A stretch of 64,000 bases of DNA, from NCBI GenBank assembly GCA_012295275.1, contig CM022677.1, forward strand, positions 2,914,001 to 2,978,000, written 5' to 3'. Source of the stretch: Chrysomallon squamiferum. Lineage: Eukaryota > Animalia > Mollusca. Position 1 is the stretch's first letter, and each line of letters begins with the position of its first letter. The notes under the pieces are model-generated. The model had not been told where the DNA came from. It saw only the letters and a program-made list of their open reading frames with translations, and made no database searches. Positions 10,601 through 23,845 of the stretch are shown here, one piece after another. Made by a program: the position numbers and the translations under genes.

Positions 10601-11784
10601 CTTAGTAACTTCCATTAGCATTGTTTTATTTCTTTTTTCTTATATTTGTCTTACATGTGTACTAGCAGTAATCAAAACAGTTTTGTTTTTAACTCCCAAA
10701 CATTTGACTACATGGTTTAAGGTGTTGAGGTGTGTGTGAAATCAGTTCATAAACAAAAACAGATCTATGTTAATTTTGTCGATGGTGTTTCTGAATGAAA
10801 AATTCTTCTTTAGCTTTAATTATGTGATTCAAATTCAGCTTTATTTTAGACATATTTAAAATATTTATATTTAATTTTTAATTTTATTTTTAATATTTAC
10901 TTTATTCAAAACTTCTCTGCATGTATGTCACAACATTTACTAGTAGTAGTAATTACTTTAGATTTGGATTAAAGGCCTTTCTTTAATTTTTATTTATGAA
11001 TTTGTTTTTGTTTATGAGCCGGGATGCCTGCCAAAACAGTCTGCTAGATCACTGTAGAAGTTCAAGATGAAAGAGGAAATAAAAGAGAGAAATGTACTCA
11101 GTGAATACAGATAGAACAAACTGTAAGCTGGAAACCATTTTGAGTTTATTAATTGTGGCTAATCCAGCTTTACTTCCAAAATTGCTAAATTATTAATCTT
11201 GTTTTGAAAATTTAATTGTGCAAACTGAAAATAAATCTCTTTCTGGTTTTGTAGGCAATTATGACAAAAATGACCTGAAGATGACAAATTCTTCTGATAC
11301 TCTTACTAGCCAGTCAGAGCAAGTCAATAAAACAGAGAACTGTTCTGAAGTAAGTGGTCTTGATATGTTTTATAATAATAAATAATAGTATTGTGTTTAA
11401 GTACATGTGTACATTACATATGAATGCAGGGCTTGTAATGGCCAGTCACCAAATGCTACCAAAGTTCCGTTTGTGTGACTGGGATGTTACAAATATGATG
11501 GATTAATTGCCAAAAAAATAGTATTTGAGTGACCTTTTTTTTTCTATAAGATATAAAACAAGAGCCACTGTTAATAATTTTATGCAAATATGTATTTCAC
11601 ATGAAATTTATCATAATTCGATAAACTGGACGTACTGGCTTACAAATTCCTCTGATGATTAGCCAACATCTGTTTGTACTAATTTTATAGACTGGATTTG
11701 CTTGTAGTTAACTGTAGTCTTGATAAACAAATCCATGAGTAGCGCTGACCCAATATCATAAAACTGATTGTGACCATTCACTTC

Positions 11785-12112
11785 ATCTCAGCCGAATACA
11801 CAGACATATCTGAACTGTCATCTCAGCCGAATACACAGACATATCTGAACTGTCATCTCAGCCGAATACACAGACATATCTGAACTGTCATCTCAGCCGA
11901 ATACACAGACATATCTGAACTGTCATCTCAGCCAAAACACACATATCTGAACTGTATCTGAACTGTCATCTCAGCCGAATACACAGACATATCTGAACTG
12001 TCATCTCAGCCGAATACACAGACATATCTGAACTGTCATCTCAGCCGAATACACAGACATATCTGAACTGTCATCTCAGCCGAATACACAGACATATCTG
12101 AACTGTCATCTT
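11785..12112. repeat. 35-bp minisatellite (catctcagccgaatacacagacatatctgaactgt)
   Basis: Contiguous units with no spacers. Confidence 0.95.
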
Positions 12113-12406
12113 AGCTTGTGTTGTCTGCTTCATGGTGTTCTGATTTCTGCATTTTTCTCTTTGAATTGATTTGTGTGATTGGTTTGTTAAAAAGCATTAG
12201 ACAAAGTACAATTTCAATATGTTGGTATAAGTGACTCTGAAGAATATTTTAAAATCTTATTTCAAAAGTTAATGATCAGTACATGTTTTCCTTTACTTAT
12301 AAGCTGAAATATGAATATGTTTTGTTAGGGCTACCAAAAACAAATTAGTGCCACTGAATGTTTTACAGATGAGTTTTGAGCCTTGCATTTATTTATGTAT
12401 GTATTA

Positions 12407-12466
<60 letters not shown>

Positions 12467-12646
12467 CACTGGTAAAATATTGTATAGCAATTAAATATAT
12501 GGGTGGAAAAACAGTGAATCATATAAACAATGCTGTGCTTTAGAAATTACTTGTAAGGGACATCCAAACCATTTGGTTATTAGCTCCCATGAAGAAACAG
12601 CACAATGCACAGCTGCTTCCTAGTGGGAAAGGTGGGTTATTACACT

Positions 12647-12755
12647 AGGATAGGAAAGGAAAAAAATTAACGTGCTAATCAGAGCAAGTTGTTGTGAAGC
12701 ACGTCTGCGACGGGCACGCTTTCTGGCAGGTCAGTGGGCGTGTCCGTCGCAGAAA
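12647..12755 (-). mobile_element. 109-bp 5'-truncated retroposed copy of the LINE 3' terminal module
   Basis: Closely matches 725-835. Flanked by the 10-bp TSD ttattacact (12637-12646 and 12756-12765). Paralog B has a single ttattacact at ~52360. Confidence 0.92.
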
Positions 12756-14232
12756 TTATTACACTGTTCTCAGCAAGCTGATGTTTGTTACTGTACATTG
12801 GCAGGACGTCTGCATGATAGATATTATTTCTGTCCAACCCATTCTTCTCCAGATTTTACATTAATCATACTGGTTGTTAATCCACACTAAGTATTGTTAA
12901 AATGTGAGTTTAGTTCTGTTTGTATTGTGTTCTTTCTCATTCAGTCTTAGCACATTTTCTTAATTTAATAGAATATAAACCAAAATCTATTTGTAAAATA
13001 TTTTATCTGCAGATTTTAAACCTAGGCTGTTTATTTAACAATCAAGCTAATTGATTTTGAGCAAACAATAAACAACAATACCAACAGCAACAAAATAATA
13101 AAATGCCAAGAATAAACAAAGCAATAATATAACAAAATTAATAAGTTAAGTTAAATAAAAATTAAAATGGGAAATAAAAAATGTCTATCTAGCAAATAAT
13201 GTAGCATTCTCTTCATTTTGTTCCTAGTCTGGGATAGGTAAAATATAGAGTTGTTAAGCCATGAAATCTAATATTAAGTTCAGTTGATAGGTTGAGAAAA
13301 TTCTCTGATATACTCATTTGTATCTACCATTTTCCTAGTATAGTGGAAAAAAAAAAAAAAAAAAATTATGACTGAGAAAATGAATCTTCACATGTTAAAA
13401 CTTGAACTTACTGTAACTGTTATCAGACATTTACTGTTTGAAAAGTAAACATAAATAATGTAATTACAATATGTTTGTTTATGTTCTTTGGTCTGGTTAC
13501 ATGATCATCCTATCATTACATACTAAGTAGATCGGATTGTAATGGTGTACAGTTTGTAATAGTCTGGATGATTTGAACTAATAGTAAAGCCCAGCACACT
13601 CTCCTGCAATGGAAACTTGTTGTAAATAATCTAAAAAGGAGCAGTGTTTCTCTCTCTCTCGGCAGGACAGTATCTCTTTCACGATGTGCTGATAACTGCA
13701 ATGAGTCTTTATGTACATATACCCTCCCAGTTTATATTGCAGTATGTTTTTGTTTGTTATTTTAAATTATGTTTTCATTTTTATTTTTAAGAAAAAGCTG
13801 TCTTGTTCAGTTTCACATTCCAAACAGCCCACTCCAGCCAGAACCAGTTTACTTCCTTGTGTCAAGAAAATGTGGAATTTTTAAAATATGTTCTGAAGTT
13901 CTGTGTCAGCAAATCTATCAGCTGGTGAGTCAGTTAATCTATTAATTAATTAATCTATTTATTTGTTTTGTGTTGATGTATTTTCTTTTTGTTTTGTTTG
14001 TTATTGTGTATGCTATTTATTTGTTTATTTTGTGTTTGAATTTGATTGTGTTTAGATTGGTGGAGTAGCTGATTCTGAGTCTGGTAATGTTGTTGTTATG
14101 TAGTTCTTAGTAAAATGATTTTGAGTTTTGATGATGAAAGGTGTAACTAATGTTTATTTTATTTCTTTACTAGTTGCTGGTTGCAACATTCTGCCACTCC
14201 AGTGTACATTTCTAATATGACTGTGACTGTTG

Positions 14233-14655
14233 TTTAAAACTAGATTTGTTTTAAAACTAGATTGTAGTGAAAGGTGAGTTTTAAAACTAGATTGTAGTGA
14301 AAGGTGAGTTTTAAAACTAGATTGTAGTGAAAGGTGAGTTTTAAAACTAGATTGTAGTGAAAGGTGAGTTTTAAAACTAGATTGTAGTGAAAGGTGAGTT
14401 TTAAAACTAGATTGTAGTGAAAGGTGAGTTTTAAAACTATTGTAGTGAAATAAAACTAGATTGTAGTGAAAGGTGAGTTTTAAAACTAGATTGTAGTGAA
14501 AGTGAGTTTTAAAAAGGTGAGTTTTAAAAAACTAGATTGTAGTGAAAGGTGATGTTGAGTTTTAAAACTAGATTAGTGAAAGAAAGGTGAGTTTTTTAGA
14601 TTGTAGTGAAAGGTGAGTTTTAAAACTAGATTGTAGTGAAAGGTGAGTTTTAAAG
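14233..14655. repeat. 30-bp minisatellite (ttttaaaactagattgtagtgaaaggtgag)
   Basis: Contiguous units visible directly. Confidence 0.95.
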
Positions 14656-16109
14656 GGTTGAGCAGGGACTAGATTCTTCATGAGATGTTTATTACTGAGA
14701 GTGGATTTTAACACACTAGTTTAGTGTGTGTAGTCTTTGTCTGTATTTTGATGTACTTTTTATTCTAACACGAGACTGTCAGGCAGTTTGATGTTTATTA
14801 CTGAGAGTGGATTTTAACACAGTATTTTAGTGTGTGTAGTTTTTGTCTGTATTTTGTTGTATGTTTTATTCTAACATGAGACTGTCAGGCAGTGTGATGT
14901 TTGGTAAAAGTTTTTACAAGATGTGATTATCTTCTGTATGGGATTATCTTCTGTATGGGATTATCTACAAGATGTGATTATCTTCTGTATGGGATTATCT
15001 TATGCATGTGGCATCTGAAGTTGGCTGTCGAATGTGATTATATTAAAGTCTTTTTCCATAATCTGTGAAAACTGTAATTACTTTTCATTCATTTACTGAA
15101 TGCTTGGTTTATGGAATTTAGTAAATTGGTATCTTACCTGTTGACCAAATTATATTAAAGAGATCAAGTATTATTACTAATTAACTTGTACCTTAACTTG
15201 TGTTCTGTTTATTTGTCTAGTGGATAGACAGACTTATTGAGTTATATAGATTGCTGTCAGTTTAGTTTATATTCCCTGTTTGTTGGCCATTAAGGCACCT
15301 TGTTACCCTAGACTGAGCCTTAATAAAACATACAAGATGTTTAAAGGTGTGACAGCTTATTAACTGAGCTTATTAACTTTTACAACTGAAACAATTAATT
15401 TATTATCTTAGTCAGTTAACTAAATAACATGATTAACCTTATTAACTGAGTTAATTAACTTACAACTGAAACAATGAATTTATTATCTTTGTCAGTTAAC
15501 TAAATAACATGATTAATTTTTTTAACTGAGTTAATTAACTCGAGTAACAAGAAAACTAATTAACTGAGATATTTATATTCCCATTAAGTGATTAACTAAG
15601 ATAATTATAAATCTGAATGGGTATTTGTTAACATAGGATTTAACTCAACAGCAGTCATAATTAAAATACTAACAGAAACCACAGATAGTTAATTAACAAG
15701 TTAATTCAGTGTTGAATGTCAAATTGCTCAGTGAGTGAAATGAGTGATTCACCGAGAAGATTGAAGTTTAAATATTAAGCCTTGGATTGTGGCATGATGC
15801 TGATAAGAGAGAGTAGAAACCATCTGACACATGGTCTGTTTTTACTGATCAGCAGGAAGGGCTATTTTATGTGAACCTTCTCATAAACTTCTCATTACTA
15901 AATCAGCTGTGGAACTCTGGGGTTTGGAAAATATGTTATCAGCTTTTACATGAGGAATTAACTTTATTTTTATTTTTATTGTTATTGTTATTATTACTAT
16001 TATCGTTATCGTTATCGTTATTGTTATTGTTATTGTTATTGTTATTATTGTTATTTTTATTATTTGATTTTACATAGTTTCAGATTTTCTGAATGTTTTA
16101 TTTTCACAG

Positions 16110-19100
16110 TGAAGAAAAGAAGAAAACTGTAATAACCTCAGTTAGAGGGGTTTGTTTCTGATCGGGTGTATTGTTGCTGAATTTCGATATCACTGACACA
16201 AGAGAGCAAAGGTGAAGAGGAAGACTGAGGCAATCAGAGCTAAGATGTCTGGTCATGAAGAAACTGAGTTTCTTTCATCAGACTGATCTGATGTTAAACA
16301 CACACACATATATACATCATAGATATTTTATTCACATTTCTGTGTGAGTAACTTTTTTTGTTTATATTATATATTTACCTAAACATACATCATATCACAA
16401 CCAAATGAGTTTTTATGTACAAAATTATATAAGTTTGTTAGCCAGTGGTTCTGAATCTGATACAAATGCTTGATGCAGGATGGTACAGACACACTACTTC
16501 ATCTACTGTTACTATCACAACTACTACTTACATTATTCCCTTCGGTATCATTACTGTTGCTATTACTGTTACTAGTACCATTACTATTATTACTACTAGT
16601 ATTATTATTGTTAGTAGTTTTACTTTCACTTTTATTATTATCATTTATTATCATTATTATTATTACTGTCATTAATATTGTTATTATTATTATCATTACT
16701 GTTATTGTTTTTGTTTGTGTTGTTGTTGTTGTTGTTATTACTATTGTTATTTTTAACCAGGGATACTGGATACCAGAAGGAGAAAATGTCAAGATTCCAG
16801 TAGCTATTAAAGAGTTACAGGCTGGGGCTCCTAACCAGATCAAGGAGCTGTTGGAGGAGACATAGGTGATGGTGTCAGTGAAGCATCCTTGCTGTGTCAG
16901 AATCCTCGCAGTGTGCATGACGGCACACATGATGTTGATCACTCAGCTGATGTCACTTGGCTGTGTTCTCGTGAGAAAAAACAAAGACCTCATTGGATCT
17001 AAAGTCCTCCTCAACTGATGTACTCAGATAGCCAGTGTGAGTGTTATCAAATATACACACCCATACACCACAACACACACACAGACACACATACATATAC
17101 ACAAGACAGACACACACATACACACAATACACACATATAACACACACAGATACACAATGCACACAAGCTCACAAGACACACACACAACACACAATACACT
17201 TATATACACAACACAGAAAGACATGACACACACACTTAATCACACACATACACAGCACATATAAACTGTGTTGTTTTCAGGGAATGATTTATTTAACGGA
17301 AAGGGGAGTCGTCCATAGAGATCTAGTGCTGTATGTGTGTGTGTATCTGTGTGTTGTGTATGTGTGTGTGTATCTGTGTGTTGTGTATGTGTGTGTGTTC
17401 TGTTTGTGTATGGGTGTATATTTGACAACACTGACACTAAAAATGTACTTGGTGAGCATTCTTTGTCAATAAGTATTTTAATAAAGTTCTGTTTTCACAT
17501 TTTCTTGTTTGTTTTTGTTTTGTTTTTGTTTTTTCAATTGTTTGCGGTTGTTTATTTTTTGTTTTGTTTTTTAAATTGGTGTAATTTTCTAGATCCAATA
17601 GAAAGTAGTTTTTTGTTCTTCCTCTATTTAAAAAATATTTATTTTCCTTTCAAATGTTAATTCCGAATCTTTGTTAGTCAGCTTTACAAAACAATAAATA
17701 AATAAGTAAGTAAATGCATTTTCAAGATTTCAAATAATAGTACTTATAACAATTTTATGCAATAATAATAAAATAATAATATGAATAGTAGTAGTAGTAG
17801 TAGTAGTAGCAATAACAACAATACTAATAACAACAATAATAATTATAATAGTAAGAATACTAGTAATAATAATAGTAGTAGTAGTAGTAATAATAATATT
17901 AATAATAACAGTAATAACAATAATAATAATAATAATAATCACTGAAATTGTGAATAAAATTTTGACATTATATTTATTTTATGTTTTTATCTTTGTACAG
18001 TACAAACTTTGAATCAGGTGAAGATCACAGATTTTGGATTAGCTAAACTTCTTAATTACAGTGAGGAAGAGTACTAAGCTGGTGGTGGAAAAGTGAGTGG
18101 AACAGTAGTAATTCACATTTCTTACTTCTGTTTTCTTATTAATAGGGAACTTACAAACTGAAAATCTGAATAGTTGAAATTCAGTTTTCTTATTAATAGG
18201 TAACTTACAAACTGAAACTTGGAACAGTCTTAATTCATTTTTTTTTTATTAACTGGGAACATTGACATGCTGAAATTTTAGAAAGATTAAATTTGAGATA
18301 TTATGCTATAAACTGGAAAATGTATGAAAAACTAGATTTTATTCTTTTTCACTGTTTCAGATGCCAATCAAGTGGTTAGCTCTGGACAGAATATTCAAAC
18401 ACAAAACTGATGTCTGGAGTTATGGTATAACCTTCTTTTTATCTTTTCTCTTTTTTTTTTTTTATAATTTTAATGCAGAAATACATTTGAACACACACAC
18501 ATACACCAAACAGATACACAACACACACACAACACACACACAACAATAAAGTATGAAAATTAATATTACAGGTTCATTAATTAACTGAATCTTAATTTTT
18601 GTTGCTTTAATGTTTTCACTGATGCAGAATGTAAACAGATTTGAAACTGATGGATGTGACTAATTTTTTAAAATAATTTTTAATTTTTTGTTGTTGTTGT
18701 TGTTCAGGGTTACTGTGTGGGTGCTGTTTATGTTTGCTCAAACACGATCCGACAACATCCATGAAGTTCTCCATTTCCTGGAGAGCAGAGAGTGACTGCC
18801 ACAGTCTCCAGTCTGCTCCATCTACGTCTACATCATCATCATCAAGTGTCAGTTCACTTGTAATAGACATCGTCATGTATTTGTGTGTGATTGTGTGTGT
18901 GTGAGAGTGTGTATTTGTGTGAATGTGTGTGTTTGTGTGAGAGTGTGTATATTTGTGTGAATGTGTGGATTTGTGTGAATGTGTGTGGATTTGTGTGTGT
19001 GTTTATGTGTTTGTGTATTTCTGTGAGGTTATGTGTGAGAATATGTATATTTGTGTGTGTGAATTTGTGTCAGTGTGTGTGTGAGTGTGTATTTGTGTGA

Positions 19101-20590
19101 GTGTGTGAGAGTGTGTATTTGTGTGTGAGAGAGTGTGTATTTGTGTGAGAGAGTGTATTTGTGTGTGAGAGAGTGTGTATTTGTGTGTGAGAGAGTGTAT
19201 TTGTGTGTGAGAGAGTGTGTATTTGTGTGTGAGAGAGTGTGTGTTTGTGTGTGAGAGTATGTGTATTTGTGTGAGAGAGTGTGTGTGTATTTGTGTGTGA
19301 GAGAGTGTGTGTTTGTGTGTGAGAGAGTGTGTGTTTGTGTGTGAGAGTATGTGTATTTGTGTGTGAGAGTGTGTGTTTTGTGTGTGTGAGAGTGTGTATT
19401 TGTGTGTGAGAGTGTGTGTTTTGTGTGTGAGAGTGTGTGTTTGTGTGTGAGAGTATGTGTATTTTGTGTGAGAGAGTGTGTGTTTGTGTGTGAGAGAGTG
19501 TGTATTTTTGTGTGTGAGAGTGTGTGTTTGTGTGTGAGAGTATGTGTATTTTTGTGTGTGAGAGTGTGTGTTTGTGTGTGAGAGAGTGTGTATATTTGTG
19601 TGTGAGAGAGTGTGTGTATTTTGTGTGTGAGAGAGTGTGTGTTTGTGTGTGAGAGTATGTGTTTTTGTGTGTGAGAGTATGTGTATTTGTGTGAGAGTGT
19701 GTGAGAGATGTGTATTTGTGTGAGAGAGAGTATGTGTATTTTGTGTGTGAGAGAGTGTGTGTTTTGTGTGAGAGAGTGTATTTGTGTGTGAGAGAGTGTG
19801 TGTATTTGTGTGTGAGAGTGTGTGTATTTGTGTGTGAGAGAATGTATTTGTGTGTGAGAGAGTGTTATTTGTGTGTGAGAGTGTGTATTTGTGTGTGAGA
19901 GAGTGTGTATTTGTGTGTGAGAGAGTGTGTATTTGTGTGTGAGAGAGTGTGTTTTGTGTGTGAGAGTGTGTGTATTTTGTGTGTGTGAGAGTGTGTATGT
20001 TTTGTGTGTGAGAGTATGTATTTGTGTGTGAGAGAGTGTGTGTTTGTGTGTGAGAGTATGTGTATTTTTGTGTGAGTATGAGAGTATGTGTATTTGTGTG
20101 TGAGAGTGTGTGTATTTTGTGTGAGAGTGTGTGTATTTGTGTGTGAGTGTATGTGTATTTTGTGTGTGTGAGAGTATGTGTATTTGTGTGTGAGAGAGTG
20201 TGTGTGTTTGTGTGTGAGAGTATGTATTTGTGTGAGAGAGTGTGTGTATTTGTGTGAGAGTGTATTTGTGTGTGAGAGAGTGTATTTGTGTGTGAGAGAG
20301 TGTGTATTTGTGTGAGAGAGTGTGTGTATTTGTGTGTGAGAGAGTGTGTGTGTATTTGTGTGTGAGAGAGTGTGTGTATTTGTGTGTGTGAGAGTGTGAG
20401 AGTGTGTGTATTTGTGTGTGTGTGAGAGAGTGTGTGTGTATTTTTGTGTGTGAGAATGTGTGTATTTTTGCGTCTGCCCAGACACACAAAAGACTGATTT
20501 GATTCGCAGTCTGAATGTGGCTGCTGATAGACCTGAGGCTGTTGTGGAAGCTGACGAAAGTTTACAACTTCTACTTGAATCTGGAGACGA
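16110..20590 (+). pseudogene. EGFR: EGFR/ErbB receptor tyrosine kinase unprocessed pseudogene fragment (TM/juxtamembrane, kinase and tail exons), copy A
   Basis: Exons: 16110-~16268 (KRAKVKRKTEAIRAKMSGHEETE), 16761-17036 ([28 protein letters not shown]), 17281-17451 (GMIYLTERGVVHRDL..KNVL), 18001-18092 (VKITDFGLAKLL..Y*AGGGK), 18361-18424 (MPIKWLAL..DVWSYG), 18708-18847 (VTVW..VYIIIIKC) and ~20470-20590. Multiple stops and deletions. Confidence 0.93.
18880..20468. repeat. Compound (TG)/(AG) microsatellite expansion within an EGFR pseudogene intron
   Basis: Units such as gtgtatttgtgtgtgagaga. The paralogous array at ~58810-59815 is shorter and more degenerate. Confidence 0.95.
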
Positions 20591-22029
20591 TAAAATAAAA
20601 GTATAATATAAAAAAAAAAGGGGTACATGTAGAGATCAAAATAAAAGTGTAATATAAAAAAATGGGGTACATGTAGAGATCAAAATAAAAGTAGCTGATT
20701 TCAATTCAGGTTTAATGTGCAGTTTTATAGCTGATTCTAAATATGCTAATGCAACATGCTAATTTAAACATGCTGACTAGACTTCACAGTTTTATACAAG
20801 CAAATTTCAACTTTAAAATATAAATACGCCAATGGAAAATGCTAATGTGAATGTGCCAGTTAAAAGATGCTTATTTAAATAGGCTAATGTAAAAAATATT
20901 TTTATTCATTTAAATTCTGATGTATATATAATCTAGAAATGATGAGCTTAAAATAATTCGTAATTTGTAGAACATTCCGATCTTTGATTCATAGGGTGTA
21001 AAATAAAATCTACAGTGAACTCATGATATTTCAAATAACTGTTTGTCAGATATAGCTAGCTGCAAGTTTTTCAGATGGGAAACATTTTTAACATGATTAA
21101 TCAGGCTGCATCACAGTTTCAGCATTCCAAACTGATTTAAACTATAATAATGTGCTACTGTCTATTGCTTCTTAATTATAAATGACTTACTTATTTAAAA
21201 GAAGAAGGGTTGTGTTTGGTACCTGTGGAGTTTTCCGCTTGTGTTTCATGATGAATTTAAGTTCTATAGGGCTAAATGAGAAAGAAACAATTATTTCAAA
21301 ACAAAACTCATGAAAACTTCCTTCAGTAAAAAAAACCATGTTCTGTTTTTGTTACCAGAAACTGGTGGCAGGAATATTTTCTTCTTTTTTTATTATTTTT
21401 ATTATTTTATCTTTTTATTATTATTATTATTATTATTATTAATTAACCAGTTTTAAGTTTTAAAACTGTGATGAGCAATCATGTCTCTGCAATACACATG
21501 ATCAGCAGTTCACAACAGTTTCATTAATAAAGAAACCTAAATTAACTTTTTACATTTTTACACACACCAAGAAAATTTGTTTCTGTCAATTTCTTACAGA
21601 AATCCTTGAAGAGGGTTTGCAGAAATGTATGGCTATAGAACTAGTGTTTGGTTTCACTTTTTTACTATTTGCATACACAATAGATGCATAATGATTATTC
21701 ATATCTGTACAGATTTTTTTAAAGAAATTTTTAAAAGTGTTTTTCAGTTATCAAGTTAGAAACTAAACCATATAGAAATCTCTAAGACACATCATTTTGA
21801 ATAATTTTAGATTGATGATAATATAAAGGACATTAATCCAGAAAACAATGTTATATAGGTAGAGAAATATTAGATTATATCTAAATCAAAATAAAATAAA
21901 AAAATTTACTACTTACAGTTTTCATCTAACTTAATGTAGTTTCATTTAGCTAAATGTAATGCTTTGTATACATATATAAATAAGATAATCTCAATCTTTT
22001 AAAATAAATTGTCATCATCAATCATTATG

Positions 22030-22075
<46 letters not shown>

Positions 22076-22214
22076 GGTACATGAATAATTATATTAATAC
22101 TAAGCTGATAATATTTTTAATCTGCTAAATACAGAGCATGGTTTTATTTAGATCTGTGTATTTTCCTACATTTAATAAACTGAGTTACACTAAATGTTTG
22201 TCATCTAGGCAAGA

Positions 22215-22910
22215 TAACTGTACAGTGAAATCCTGTGTCTAAATAACTGTATAGTGAAATCCTGTGTCTAAATAACAGTGTAGTGAAATACTGTGTCTAA
22301 GTAACAGTATAGTGAAATACTGTGTCTAAATAACAGTGTAGTGAAATCCTGTGTCTAAATAACTGTATAGTGAAATCCTGTGTCTAAATAACTGTATAGT
22401 GAAATCCTGTGTCTAAATAACAGTGTAGTGAAATACTGTGTCTAAATAACAGTGTAGTGAAATACTGTGTCTAAATAACAGTATAGTGAAATCCTGTGTC
22501 TAAATAACTGTATAGTGAAATACTGTGTGTCTAAATAACTGTACAGTGAAATCCTGTGTCTAAATAACTGTATAGTGAAATACTGTGTGTCTAAATAACT
22601 GTGTAGTGAAATACTGTGTGTCTAAATAACTGTATAGTGAAATCCCGTGTGTCTAAATAACTGTGTAGTGAAATACTGTGTGTCTAAATAACTGTATAGT
22701 GAAATACTGTGTGTCTAAATAACAGTGTAGTGAAATACTGTGTGTCTAAATAACAGTGTAGTGAAATACTGTGTCTAAATAACTGTATAGTGAAATACTG
22801 TGTGTCTAAATAACTGTATAGTGAAATCCTGTGTCTAAATAACTGTATAGTGAAATCCCGTGTGTCTAAATAACTGTATAGTGAAATACTGTGTGTCTAA
22901 ATAACCGTGT
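22215..22910. repeat. 29-31-bp minisatellite (gtctaaataactgtatagtgaaatactgt); paralog at ~63827-64000
   Basis: Repeated units visible directly. Confidence 0.95.
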
Positions 22911-23109
22911 AAATGTTGGTCACATAGTTTTACACTGTGCATCTCATAAAAGCTTGCAGATTTGTGACTGGGTTTGTTTGTTCTTGTGTATTTGTATATT
23001 ATTTATTACAAGTCAGACTTCTAAAATACATATTTACATTGATTTATTTTTGTAATGTTGTTTTTTCTTTCATTAATTTTATTTGTTTCTGCTTTCTGAG
23101 TTGTGAGAA

Positions 23110-23155
<46 letters not shown>

Positions 23156-23589
23156 GGCTTCCATATTCATTTTATTTATTGTGTGTTAAAAGTGATATAT
23201 CTACCAGAGAAATTAATTCTGTAATATACTTTAAATTTGAACACAAAGATCTGTAGATTATTTTTTTTATTGTTATTATTTTAAATTCTTTGCAAAGTTG
23301 TTAAATAATATTCCTATCTTCATCATTATACTAATTTAATCTCTGTCTTGTTTTAAAAATATTAATTAACAATAATTAATAATATGTCAAATATAATAAG
23401 AAAAAAAATGACATTTATGAGTGAAATAAATATAGATTGTAAAATAAGCAATAAATAATTGGTAAAACAGTAATAGTTAAATCTAATGTTTTGGTTTGTT
23501 TCATGCTATATATAGACTGCATAGATTAAATATTTTTTTTAATTAAATTGTCTTTTTCCTTTCTGTTTTTCTTTTTGTTTTTTCATTTT

Positions 23590-23789
23590 NNNNNNNNNNN
23601 NNNNNNNNNNNNNNNNNNNNNNNNNNNNNNNNNNNNNNNNNNNNNNNNNNNNNNNNNNNNNNNNNNNNNNNNNNNNNNNNNNNNNNNNNNNNNNNNNNNN
23701 NNNNNNNNNNNNNNNNNNNNNNNNNNNNNNNNNNNNNNNNNNNNNNNNNNNNNNNNNNNNNNNNNNNNNNNNNNNNNNNNNNNNNNNNN
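23590..23789. other. Assembly gap (200 N)
   Basis: Run of n. Confidence 1.
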
Positions 23790-23845
23790 AATTTGAAATA
23801 AGATTTATTTCAATAAATCATTAATTTATCACACTGTTACAAGTA

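Larger units (their letters stand above)
1..22910 (+). repeat. Segmental duplication (or uncollapsed haplotype), copy A
   Basis: Colinear high identity with 44655-64000. Position 1 corresponds to 44655; exons and minisatellites are in the same order. Confidence 0.95.

Noticed and set aside
11785-12112. 35-bp, 30-bp and 29-bp arrays of CRISPR-like unit length
   Set aside because: The units are contiguous with no unique spacers, there are no cas genes, and the context is eukaryotic.
19003-20628. Long 541-aa and 486-aa His/Thr-rich ORFs, and similar HTHT, VCVC, LSLS and FIYL ORFs elsewhere
   Set aside because: They are translations of stop-free microsatellites, not genes.
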